From the NCBI GenBank assembly GCA_963833985.1, contig CAWIAD010000001.1, positions 2,272,001 through 2,336,000 on the forward strand: a stretch of 64,000 nucleotides of DNA. Direction: 5' to 3'. The notes below the pieces were generated by a model, which did no database searches, was not told the origin of the DNA, and saw nothing but the letters and a program-made list of their open reading frames with translations. This document shows, one piece after another, positions 30,919 to 44,960 of this stretch. The position numbers and the translations under genes are program-made. This DNA comes from an uncultured Planctomycetaceae bacterium. Its GTDB lineage: Bacteria; Planctomycetota; Planctomycetia; Isosphaerales; Isosphaeraceae. The first letter of the stretch is position 1. The number at the start of each line of letters is the position of its first letter.

Positions 30919-33900
30919 TCAAGAACCGCCGTTTGCCGGCAGCTTTTTGGTTCTCGGCAGTGTGCGGACGATGCGGAAGCCAATGGAGAATTCGGCGACG
31001 CCCACGGCGCTCTGGGCGCGATGGGCCGACCTGGCCTTGGCAGGTGAGTCGTTGAATGCTCCCCCGCGGAGGATCCGGCGTGTCTCCTGGCTGAGCGGGC
31101 CAGGATCAGGGTCGTCGCCCGCGATGCTCGTCTGGGCAGGCGCCGAGGTGTAAGGCTGAGGCCGCTCATCGCGGGCCGCCCGTCCGCGGTCGTGACACCA
31201 TTCCCAGGCGTTGCCGAGCGTATCAAACAGCCCCAGCGCGTTCGGCAAGAGCTGACCCACCGGCCAGGTTCGATCCTGCGAGTTCACCCACGTCCAGGCC
31301 TGGCGCGGCAGCAATTCTTCCGAGTCGCCGCACGGGCGTGCCGTCATCGTCCCTGCGCGGCAGAGGTATTCCCATTCCGCCTCGGTGGGCAGACGATATC
31401 CGCTGCGCTCCATCGACGGTTCTGGAACGGTCGGGTCCGGACGCATATTTTCGGGGTAGAACCAGTCCTGGCGCGGAATCCCGGCGCGCTGGCTGAGCCA
31501 GTTGCAGTACCGGACCGCGTCGGCCCAGGACACCCTGGTGGCAGGGCAATCCGGTTCCCGGGTGTAGCGCCCGTCAGGCTTCCTGGCACTGTCGAAGACG
31601 CGGAACTGCGAGATGGTCACTTCGGTGGTCGAGACGGCGATCGAGCGATCGATTGTGCGGCTGTGCAATGGCTCCTCGGCGAACCGTCCCTCCTCGTGCT
31701 CCGGTGAGCCCATCTGGAAGACCAGCGGCCCGGGCACGATGGCAAACGTGTGGCCGTTCGGTCCCACCCTCCAGGCTGGACGGTCCGGGTCCGCGGGCTG
31801 AACCCGGGGTTCCTGCCCCTCTTGAAGCGGCGGTGGTCCGCTGCTCCAGCGTGCGCAGAGCAGCTCCGCCGCGGAATGAACGCCCGGGTCGGGGTCGTCG
31901 AGGAACAGGCCGGTTGCGAGGCCGAGCACCCGCGCCTGCACCGGCGCCGCGACGCTGCCACGAGGCGTTTCCGCCCAGATCATCAGCAGCGCCTGGCGTT
32001 CGCCCGGGTCGATTCCTGGCGCGGCCAGCCGCGCCAGGAGACGTTGCTGGTTCGGGCAGAGCGCGGCCAGCCGGACGATGAGCAGCCCGCGGGTGCTGGC
32101 ATCCGGAGCGTGTCTGAGGCGCGTCCAGAGCACTTCGTGATCGCCCAGGGCGTCCAGCGCGATGACCGCCATCGCCTGCTGCGCGGCCTGACGTTTCGTC
32201 GCGGCGCCCTGCGCGAGATCGGGCGGCGCAGGGCGCAGCACGGAACGGAGAAAATCCAGGGCGGGCCCGGGCCGCCTCATCTTCGCAAGCTGCCGGATGA
32301 GGATCAGGGCGGGGTCGGGCAAGGAATCGATCATTCGCTCGGCCAGCGCCCTCGCATCGCCGCGCCGTTTCAGGATCTCGGCGAGCACCTCGGCAGCGAT
32401 CACGCTCTGCACGGAGTGGACCTCCGGGTCGCTACAGAGCTGAGACAGGGGCCCGGCCAGCGAGCCGAGAGCCGGCTCGAGCATGTCCATCCAGCCCGGC
32501 AGGCTCTGTCCTCCCTCGTCGATCAGCGCGCGCGCCAGGATCGGTGCCTCGGAACCAAGCTGCTCGACCGCGACCGGCTCAAGAACCGCCAGAACGCACG
32601 CCGCGCGAAGCCGGACGCGGGGCTCGGCGCTCGCGTCGCGCAGCGTCTCGCACAGCGCGTCGGCTCCCGCATGCTCGGGATGCGCGGCCAGGACGCCCCG
32701 GATGACGCTCAGCCGGCCCGGCCCCGGGGCCTCGAGTGCCAGCGCGCGGAGGATCCGGCCGCGGTCGGCAGTCGCAGCGAACCGGTAGAGGAGTATGGCC
32801 GTCACCTTACGTTCGTTCTCATCGCCGGCGCTGGAGGCCTCCCGCGCTTGCAGTTCCGCCACGACCCGCCGCTGGTACGGGACAAGCTCATTGATCCGGG
32901 CCTCCAGGTCGCCGTCGCCCTGAGCCAGTGCCACGTTCAACCGGGCCCTGGCTTCATGCTCGTCCATGAGCAGCTTGCCGCCCGTAACGGCTGCCGCCAC
33001 GATTCCGGCCGCCACGGCCAGCCGGCCCAGAAATCGCCACGAGGCGGCGCGCAGGAGCCGCTTCTCATCCGGCGTCCAGTCGCCGGGATCGGTGTTCCGC
33101 AGAATGCCCGCGTACTCGAAGGCCGAGGGAAGCTGACGGCCTCCCGGCCGCTCTAGCCATGCGGCGGTGATGGCACGAAGCCGCCTCCGCGCCCGGCCCG
33201 CCTGCGTGAATCGCTGGTTGCGGTCGATCCACTGGCGAATCGGCTGAATGAGGTAGTCATGGGCAAGCTGAAAGTGCAACCCGGTGGGGTTTCCCGGTGG
33301 CTCTTCAGCGGGAGGCGAATCGGCCGGCAGGTGCTCCACCGGGGTGATCAGCCGCAGGTCCCGGTCCAGGACGCGGATCAGATCAGCGAAGTCAGCCGGC
33401 TTGTCCGCATAGCCGGCGGCCCGGGCCAGAGCCAGGGCGCTCCGGGGCACCCCCCGCAGCACCTCCTCCGGCGACGGCAGGAGCTCCTCGAGGGCGGCCT
33501 GCGCGGCCCGCGCCTGTACCCGGTGCGCCGGAGACGCCGACGACGAGTCAAACGCCTGCTCCAGGAACTTCACGCCGATCCCATCCACCCCCCCCAGGCT
33601 TCGAAACGTCTGGACGTTCCACGGCCGATTGCGTACGACCTCCACAAAAAGACTGAGCCGTACCGGCGTCACGCGGCCGTCAGCGCTTGCCAGGGCCTCG
33701 ACGGCCCGGTCCAGGAACCGGGCCTCCTCGCTGCCCGGGGTCAGCCCGCCGGCCGGCAGCCGGCCCAGCGCGCGGCCATACTCCTCCAGAACTCTCAGGG
33801 TGTGCCGGCGGTCGAAGAGCTCGACCGCTGCGCTGTTGACGCCTTCCACCAGCGGCACCTCGATGGCCCGCAAGACGCGCGTGAGCGCCATCCAGAAATC

Positions 33901-35723
33901 GTCGCGCACCAGCAGCAGGGCCTGCACACGCTTGCCGTCACACTGCCGCAGTGCCCGCACCAGCTCGAGCGACGGCTCGATGGTGCGTCCCTGGAGCCAC
34001 TGCTCGAACTGGTCGAGCACCAGCAGCAGCTTGCGGCGCGGCTGGAGGTTGGGATCGTCGCGCAACAGCGCGACGGCCTCTGGCAAGTTGCAGTCCTCCG
34101 GCAAATAAGGCACCGCGCCGCGCAGCCCGGCGAGCAGCAACGCCTCGGTCTGGCCGGGCGATGCCTCCAGGACGATGGCTCGCACCCGGGAGCGGTCCAG
34201 CACGGGAAGGAGCCCGGCTTTCACGAACGACGACTTGCCCCCACCCGACGGGCCATAGATCACCCCGGTGCTGAAGCACACCGCCGGCTCATTGCCCTCG
34301 ATGCGCCGCCTCCAGAACCGGACCGATTCGGGCAGACCGTCGCTCCCACGCGGCCCGGGCAAGAGCCCCAGGAAGTACCCGGCATCCTCGGCGCCGAAGC
34401 CGCGCAGGCCCCGGGGCACGACGGCCGCATCCGAGGCGACCGCGCGCAGCTCGCGATCCTGCGCGACGAGCCAGCGCCTCAGCTCCTCAGCCAGGTCCGC
34501 GGCGGTGAGGTAGCGGTCGCTCATCTGCCGCGACAGGCAGCGGATGCAGATCCGTTCCAGCTCGCGAGGAATCGCCGCGTCATACTGCCGCGGGGGCCGG
34601 GGCTCGCGGTTCAGGATCTCGTCGAAGTACTCCGATGTGGTGCCGCCCCGGAACGGAGGCCGGCCCGTGAGCCCGCGGTAGAGGATCACCCCCAGGGCCC
34701 AGATGTCCGTACGACCGTCGAGCCGGTTGATCTCCCCGCTCACTTGCTCAGGAGCCATGTAGGGCGGCGTGCCGGCAACTTCCCCGCGCCGCAGGCGCTG
34801 GATCTCTTCGTCCACCGCCAGGCCGAAATCGCAGACCCGAGCATTCCCCTGGGTGTCGATGAGAATGTTCGGCGGCTTCAAATCCCGGTGGACCAGACCC
34901 AGTGAGTGCGCGTGATGCACCGCCTCGGCCACCTCGGCAATGATCTCGGCGAGACGTGCCGGCGCGATGCGCGTTTGCTGGAGCACCTCCTCGAGGTTTG
35001 TCCCTTGAACGTATTCCAGGACGATGAATCCGCCAGGCAGCCCTGCCGACTCGGGGTCGCCCTCACGGGCCGGGGCGACGAACTCCCGGAGCTTGACGAT
35101 GCCCGGATGATCGAGCGCCCGCAGCCGTTGGGCCTCCTCGGCCAGTGTGAGCATGCGCCGGCGGCTGAACGGATCCCCGGGCCGGGCTACCTTGAGAGCG
35201 ACCTCGCAACCGCGGTCGTCGTGAGCCAGATAGACCACGAAATTACCCTGCCCGATCAGCCGGATGACACGGAACCGGCCGATCCGCTCGGGCACGGCCA
35301 CGGGCTCGCCGCCATCACCCAGCGCGGGGTCCCAGGTGATCGCCCGGCCCAGGGCCGATCCGGGCTCGCCGAAGGGCTCGCCCATGGGAGGCGGCGTCTC
35401 CGGCTCGCGGCCGCTCGAGGTTGGCGGCACGATCAGGGTCAGCCCGGTATGCGAGGCTTGACGGAGCGCCGTGAGGATCTGCTCGCCATATTCGCGGAAC
35501 CGCGGCACGTAGTCGGCTACCACGGCGGTCTCGCCTGCCTTCTTGCGCAGCTCCACCTCGGCGCCAGCAGCTCGACGAAGAACTCGGTGCGGCGGTCCAC
35601 CCTTGCGGCCGCCAGGTAGTCCTCGATCCGTGGATTCAACCCCGCGCACCAGGCCGCCTCGAACGAGTCGCAGACCCGATCAATCTCCTGGAGAACCCAG
35701 AGTGGCAGCGAGTCGGACAACAC
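30919..35723 (-). CDS. Ser/Thr protein kinase - STAND-type P-loop NTPase - helical repeats - FGE-sulfatase (SUMF1) domain protein (frameshift ~35563)
   Basis: N-terminal IDRVCDSFEAAW...PRIEDYL in 35517..35723. Kinase motifs VALK, HRDLKPPN, DFG, APE. Walker A GPSGGGKSS, Walker B LLVLDQFE. FGE motifs RLPTEAEWEY, GNAWEWC, RGG, GFR. Confidence 0.9.
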
Positions 35724-35896
35724 CGGATGCGATTCCCGAGGGGATGATCCCGATACGGCGGCGGAAGTGATGCTGCCGTGCCGCGAGAGATCTCAACCCG
35801 TTTCATTGGAATCGCGCGATGAGCCGAATGCAACCTCGTGACTTGTAAGCTTTCGTTCTTCTTCCGCCCGAATACGGTCTCATGGAGTGCGCCACC

Positions 35897-37339
35897 TCAG
35901 CCGGGCGGCTTCAGTTTCTCAAGCAGCTTCATGACTTTTTCCATGTGCTGCTCGATCTGATCGACGGACTTCTCGAGCCGATCGAGCCTGAATTCGACGA
36001 CGGCGAGGCGCGAGTCGACACGCAGGAATCCATCCTGCACGTCATAACCCAGGTCCAGCGGCTTCAAGGCCCGCTCGATCGTCCAACCCAGCAGGTCGTC
36101 ATCGTGTTGGTCAAGCTTCACTTTCGTTTCGAGCGTGTGTCCTGCCTTCCGCAGGGCTTCGGGCTCAACGTAAATGGGGATTCCCGGATAGTTTGCCGTG
36201 GCGGTCTTCGCCTTCACGGTTTTGAGGAATTGCGACAGCGATAACTCGCCAGGGAGCTCCAGATCGCACTTGCGAGCAAGCAAATCACGTATGTGCTTCG
36301 TCTTCTGGAGCAGGGCCAGATCGGCGGACCTTTTGGTACGGCGTTCCGCGAGTCTCCTCCACGTCTCTGCGTCCAGGTAATCGCGCTTGAGAGACGGATT
36401 GCCGCCTACTGTAGGCGGTGTGGCCGAGTTTCCGCCACCTCGACCCGCATCGGGCTGCGCCGGGTCGCGGCCTTGCTGCGCCAGTACAACCGTGCCAAGA
36501 GCGGTTGCGGCGACCAAGGCGGGAATCGCGGCGAGCTTGATGGTGTCCCAGATCATGGTTCTCAATACTCCTTGTGCCAGCAAGCAAACGGCGGCCGGCC
36601 CGGCCCCGGCGGCCAGGGGTCCGACGGTCAGCCATTTCGAGGCGAGAGCCACGGTCGCCCCGACCAGGGGTTGAGCTACCGGCTCGATCAACCGGGCCGC
36701 GCGTGCGCCCGCCGGCAGGAACGCACTCGGGCCAAGGCCGCGCGCCTTCAGCCGCGAGACGAGCCGCTTCCGGCCGCGGTGCAAGCGGCCGCGGAGCGTT
36801 GGCTCCCTGACCCCCAGCCGCCTGGCCGCCTGCTCGTAGCTCAGCTCTTCGAGGCAGCAAAGAATAAGCGGTGCACGCAGGCTTTCCGGTAGCCGGGCCA
36901 ACTCCTGGTGAACCGCCTCGAGCTCCTCGCCTCGAGCGAGCGGCTCGCTCATGACCGATGCGCGAGCCTCCCATCCCAGCGGCTTCTCGAGGGCAAGGCG
37001 CCTGGCCGCCTGGCTTCGGGCCCGTCGTGCCACCCGCAGCGCCACGCCGTGCAGCCACGGGCCGATGGACTGCCCGGCACGGATTCCGCCGGCCCTCGGC
37101 ACGAGGACCAGGAACGTGGCCTGAAACGCATCGTCGGCCCGGTGCACGTCTCCCAGCACGCTCCGGCAGACGCTCATCACGATCGCCCCGTACCGCTCCA
37201 CCAGCACGCGGAACGCCTCAGCGTCGCCGTGCGTTCGGAAGCGCTCCAGAAGCGGGCCGTCTTCCATGTTGCCGGCAGATCCCACGCGGAAGAGCGTCTC
37301 GATGGGTTGGGTGCCAGCTTTGTGGCGAGTGGCATTCAT
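35897..37339 (-). CDS. ECF sigma-70 factor with TM helix and C-terminal extracytoplasmic extension
   Basis: DG.LLERF, AF..LV.R.G..V..VCR, DDAFQATFLVL, WLHGVA.RVA, LP..LRAPL.LC..E.LSYEQAA, RL.RGR..L; hydrophobic segment ending LAQQ. Confidence 0.92.
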   Translation of the reverse strand: MNATRHKAGTQPIETLFRVGSAGNMEDGPLLERFRTHGDAEAFRVLVERYGAIVMSVCRSVLGDVHRADDAFQATFLVLVPRAGGIRAGQSIGPWLHGVALRVARRARSQAARRLALEKPLGWEARASVMSEPLARGEELEAVHQELARLPESLRAPLILCCLEELSYEQAARRLGVREPTLRGRLHRGRKRLVSRLKARGLGPSAFLPAGARAARLIEPVAQPLVGATVALASKWLTVGPLAAGAGPAAVCLLAQGVLRTMIWDTIKLAAIPALVAATALGTVVLAQQGRDPAQPDAGRGGGNSATPPTVGGNPSLKRDYLDAETWRRLAERRTKRSADLALLQKTKHIRDLLARKCDLELPGELSLSQFLKTVKAKTATANYPGIPIYVEPEALRKAGHTLETKVKLDQHDDDLLGWTIERALKPLDLGYDVQDGFLRVDSRLAVVEFRLDRLEKSVDQIEQHMEKVMKLLEKLKPPG

Positions 37340-37547
37340 CGTTCCTGCTCGTTCCCTCCAAGGATTCTCGATCAGGCTTCCCCACTATTAGTGCTTGTAA
37401 GTCGCTCTGTCTCACGGGCCTGCCCGAGAATTCTCTCAAATCAGTCCGGAGCACGCATTGTCGGGAATAGCGTTGATCCATGCCAGACGCCACGGTAGGC
37501 TCGTCTAGTTGGCCCATGATCCCCATCTCTGTCCAGGAACCACTTCC

Positions 37548-38564
37548 ATGCGTTACCGCTGGACGTCAGCATACCGTCTCGTTCCGGGTTTGCTCGTCGC
37601 CCTGATGGCAAGCTTCCCCGCGGTCTGCCTGGCGCAGACTTCCGCGAGCAAGAACGCGGACGCCAAGAAACCTTCCATCTACGATCAGCACGCCGACGCC
37701 AGGGCGCAGCTCTCGGCCGCCTCGGCGCGGGCCCAGAAAACCGACAAACGCGTGCTGCTCATGTTCGGCGGCGACTGGTGCGGCTGGTGCCACAAGCTGC
37801 ACGGCCTCTTCGCCAGCGATGCCGAGATTCGCAAGCTGATCTACAACGAGTACGAGCTGGTGATGGTGGACACGAAGGCCCCGCATGCTTCCGAGCTCCT
37901 GGAAGAGTGCTCGAAAGGACAGACGGGCGTCGGCTTTCCGTTCCTGGCCGTGATGGATTCCAGCGGCAAGCTGCTTGTCGGCCAGAAGACCGATCCCCTG
38001 GAGCAAGGGGACCATCATGATCCCAAGAAGGTGAAGGAATTCCTGGCGAAGTGGGTCGTCGCGCCGCAGGATGCTCAGGCCCTGTTGAAGACGGCCGTGG
38101 ATCGGGCTTCGTCGGAAGACAAGAGGGTCTTCCTCAGCTTCGGCGCTCCCTGGTGCGGCTGGTGCCACAAGCTCGAGGATTTCCTCGCCCGGCCTGACAT
38201 CCAGAAGATCATGGACCGCGACTTCGTGATGCTCAAGATCGACATCGAGCGTATGACCGGCGGCAACGACGTGATGAAGAAGTACCGTGCCGACGATTCG
38301 GGCGGCATTCCCTGGTTCACCGTGCTCGACGGCCGCGGCACGAAGCTGGCCACCTCCGACGTACTGGAGGGCCGGGTCAAGAACATCGGCTATCCGGCGA
38401 CGCCGCAGGAGATCAAGGCGTTCATGGGAATCATGGAGGCCCAGGCGAAGCGCATCGAGCCCACTCAGCTCGCCCGGCTCCGCAAGGAGCTCGAGACGGC
38501 CGGCGAGAAGATCGTTGCTGACATGAAGGCCGCGCAGGAGCGGGCCAAGGCTCGGGCGAACTGA
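37548..38564 (+). CDS. Secreted tandem thioredoxin-family protein
   Basis: Signal peptide and two WCGWC active-site motifs, each with a downstream G.P cis-Pro motif. Confidence 0.9.
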   Translation: MRYRWTSAYRLVPGLLVALMASFPAVCLAQTSASKNADAKKPSIYDQHADARAQLSAASARAQKTDKRVLLMFGGDWCGWCHKLHGLFASDAEIRKLIYNEYELVMVDTKAPHASELLEECSKGQTGVGFPFLAVMDSSGKLLVGQKTDPLEQGDHHDPKKVKEFLAKWVVAPQDAQALLKTAVDRASSEDKRVFLSFGAPWCGWCHKLEDFLARPDIQKIMDRDFVMLKIDIERMTGGNDVMKKYRADDSGGIPWFTVLDGRGTKLATSDVLEGRVKNIGYPATPQEIKAFMGIMEAQAKRIEPTQLARLRKELETAGEKIVADMKAAQERAKARAN

Positions 38565-38577
38565 GTCGCCGCGCCTT

Positions 38578-41884
<3,307 letters not shown>

Positions 41885-41963
41885 CTCGGGTCCGCTCGTT
41901 CTCGACTTTGGTTCCGGGCACTACGATTGGTTCCGGGCACGTCCGCGTCGTGGCCGGTCGCGC

Positions 41964-42943
41964 TCACGCCGGCTTGTCCCTGGGTATTCTAGGGCCGGTT
42001 CGGACGTCCGGCCACCGGGGCAGGTCCAGAGCACGCCCCACGACCACGCCGCGGCCGCGGATGAACCGGACCGCGGGCGCCGGCGGCAGGGCGTGCGCGG
42101 GCTCGGGACGGGAATCAGAGCCATGTGCGGAGTCCGATCGCGGCACCCGGCTGACGCGTTCGATCACATCAAGCAGATCGCCCGGATCGACGGGCAGATC
42201 CAGACAGGCGGACGCGCCTGCGGCTTTCGCCCGCAGCACGGTGGCTCGATCCGCGAAGCCCGCCAGCGCCACGACCGGGCCGCACATTGCCGCATCGGCA
42301 ACCCAGCGCGGCCACTCGGGTTCCAGTACGGGAACATCATACACGGTCACGACCCGAGCCGGTGCAGGTGCCAATGCAGGTGCCGGTGCGGCGCCGGGAC
42401 CCACCGCGCAATCCTCGCTTGCGACCTGCGGATCGCTGGCCGTCTCGAACCCGGCCGCGCCGCACACCTCGCTCAGCACGGAACGCAGCTCATAGTTGCT
42501 GGTCATGATGCGCACGGCCCGCGGACCGGGCAGGGGAAGCGTCCGGTCCGCGGATTCCGGCAGGCCCAGTAACCGGCTCACGTGGCGCGGCAGCGTTTCC
42601 AGGGCGGTCGCCTCGGGTATGGCGGCATCCACAACCCGCAAGCATCGATCCAGCTCGGCGTAGCGCACATAGGGGCTATAGCACAGGATCAGCCGCGGGG
42701 CGGCCGGCTCGCCGGCGGGCTGGCGCAGCCGGTCGATCGCCAGGGCGTCCGCCAGTGAGAGCCGCAGTCGATGGAGAACCACCAGGTCAGGCGGGCATTC
42801 GGGATCGAAGAGCCGATCCGGGACTGCGCCCGGCAGTGCGACGAGCGCACGCAAGTGATGCCGGCCAGCGACTCCAGCAGGCGCTGCACCCAGGGGTCTT
42901 CGAGATCCCCGACGAACCGGACGTTGCCCCCAACTGCATTCAT
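41964..42943 (-). CDS. Hypothetical protein with degenerate receiver (CheY-like) folds (frameshift ~42832)
   Basis: N-terminus MNAVGGNVRFVGDLEDPWV in 42689..43048; continues as VTVYDVP, PVVALAGF, AKAAGASACL.LP.D..DL in 41964..43163. Confidence 0.6.
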
Positions 42944-43119
42944 AAGATGGCCTGAACGGGTTACCCGCGCGAAGGTGCGTCGAGTGCAGCGACGACGCAT
43001 TGACACCTCGGGCTTCGGCTCGGTGCGCTTCCGCTGCGCCTGGCGCACACCGCGACCAGCAATCGCTTAACAGAAAACCGGCTGGCCGGCAATGGCGAAG
43101 ATGGATGCAATCCACATCG

Positions 43120-44860
43120 GGGTGTAAGACGCGGTTCGCGCCGCCCGAGGCCGGTGGTAGCATGTCAAGTCAAGTTTCCCAAATTGTCCGTCACCGGAAG
43201 TCCAAGGAGGGACCTGCTATGCCTTTCCGTAAGTCACCATCGATGGATCGCACCGGGGTCGAGCAGATGGCCAAAGGGTGGGGGAAAATTGTGGCGCAGA
43301 CGGGTCCACGAAGAAGTTGGGCCTGACCTGGACCTCGATGCCGACGACATGGAACAAATGGCCATGACCGCGGCCTGTGCCGTGGCCAAGGGAACCATCG
43401 AGGAACTCCTGAAGCAGAAAGCCTCCCTCTTGGGGGCCGAGCAGCCTTGTCCCAACTGCAAGCGGCTCTGTCCGGTGCAACGCAACGATCGAACCATTGA
43501 ATTCTGGGGAGGCAAGGTCACCTACGCCGAACCGAAGTGCCACTGCCCGGCATGTCGCCGGGATTTTTTTCCCTCAGCGTCCGGCCTTGCGCCTCACGCC
43601 ACATGACTACAGCCCTTCGGTGCTGCGCAAGATCGTCCGTTGCGGTGCCCGGGAGCCCTCCTTCCGGGAGGCGGCCGAGGCGATGGCGGAATTGGCCGAG
43701 GTGACCATCGGCAGTCGGCAGATCGGCCGCATCGCCCAGGAGGTCGGCCAACAATTGCAGGCCGAGAGAGATCAGCATGTGAGCGAACTTCAAGCCCATA
43801 AGCTCGAGCCGCGAGTCGAGACACGGCCGGCTCTGGCAGTGGTCGAGGTTGACGGCGGCCGGCTGCAGATTCGCGGCCAGGGGGAAGGGCCCGGTGCCCA
43901 TGATGCGTCCTGGCGTGAGGACAAGATCGCGATTCTGGCCACCATGGCCAATGTCGTCTCGGACTGCGACCCGGAGCCGGAGTTGCCCGCCTGCTACCGC
44001 GACCGGGGATACGTCGAGAAGCTTGTCGGCGGGATCAGCGGGTCGAGCTCGATGGGCCTACAGGAGGCCCCGGCGGAGAACATCGACGAAGCATCTCTGC
44101 CGTCCCCCGGGGATCGGTCCGAGCCGAGGGAAAGGCCCGAACTGGTGGTGCGGACTTACGTGGCGAGCACCTGCTCCAGCGAGCAATTCGGGCCGATGGT
44201 GGCCGCGGAGGCGTGGCGACGCAATCTCATGAAAGCGGCTCATCGGGCGTTCCTGGGGGACGGCTCGGCCTGGATCTGGAAATTGCAGCAACGGCATTTT
44301 CCGACCTTTCTGGCCATCGTTGATTTTCTCCACGCCCTGGGTCACCTGTTCGCGGCCGCCAAGGCTGCGGCGATCGAGACCGAAGGCCGCTGGGAGTTGT
44401 TCCAGGCATGGGCGGAGGCCTGCTGGAAGGGACGCGTGGGCCAGGTGATTGAGGAACTCCGTACCCTGCGAGATGCCCAGGCGTCCTTATCCGGAGACGA
44501 GCTCGAACGGCTGGCCGACGATGACCCGCGCAAGATCATCGCCCAAGAACTCGGCTACCTGGAGCATAATCGAGAGCGGATGGACTACCCTGCTTATCGA
44601 CGCGGGGGATTGCCGTGGACGAGCAGTCACGTGGAGTCGACCGTGAAGATCTTCAACCGGCGGGTCAAGGGGTCGGAGAAATTCTGGAGCGACGCCGGTG
44701 CCGAGACGATGCTTCAGCTTCGAGCGTCGTTCCTCTCGGAGGACGGACGCCTGGATCGGTACCTCAAAGAGAGGCCCAGCAGCCCCTTCCGCAACTATAA
44801 AGCCAGGGAAACTGGGAAAGCGGCGTAGGACCTCAGAAAAACGAACCGTGTCTTACACCC
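43120..44860 (+). mobile_element. Complete insertion sequence, Mutator-type DDE (ISKra4/ISLre2-like)
   Basis: Terminal IRs GGGTGTAAGACGCGGTTCG (43120-43138) and CGAACCGTGTCTTACACCC (44842-44860), 18/19 match; 9-bp direct repeat TCCACATCG at 43111-43119 and 44861-44869. Confidence 0.92.
43219..44828 (+). CDS. Transposase, ISKra4/ISLre2-like, split across frames (~43297 and T7C3 site ~43565)
   Basis: RBS AAGGAGG; CPNC...CPAC zinc motif; DGG, WREDK, GDGSAWIW, DFLHA, RMDY..YR..GLP.TSS.VES..K. Confidence 0.88.
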
Positions 44861-44960
44861 TCCACATCGAGCAAAACGGGCAGGCGGGAAAAAAGATGTA
44901 TCCGCCCCGGCTTCTGGCCACATGATAGAAGCGTCACGTGGAGTCAATGGAGCATCTCCC

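Noticed and set aside
35842..37401. Shared CTTACAAG upstream of the kinase and ECF genes as an ECF promoter
   Set aside because: Only an 8-mer match with no shared second element.
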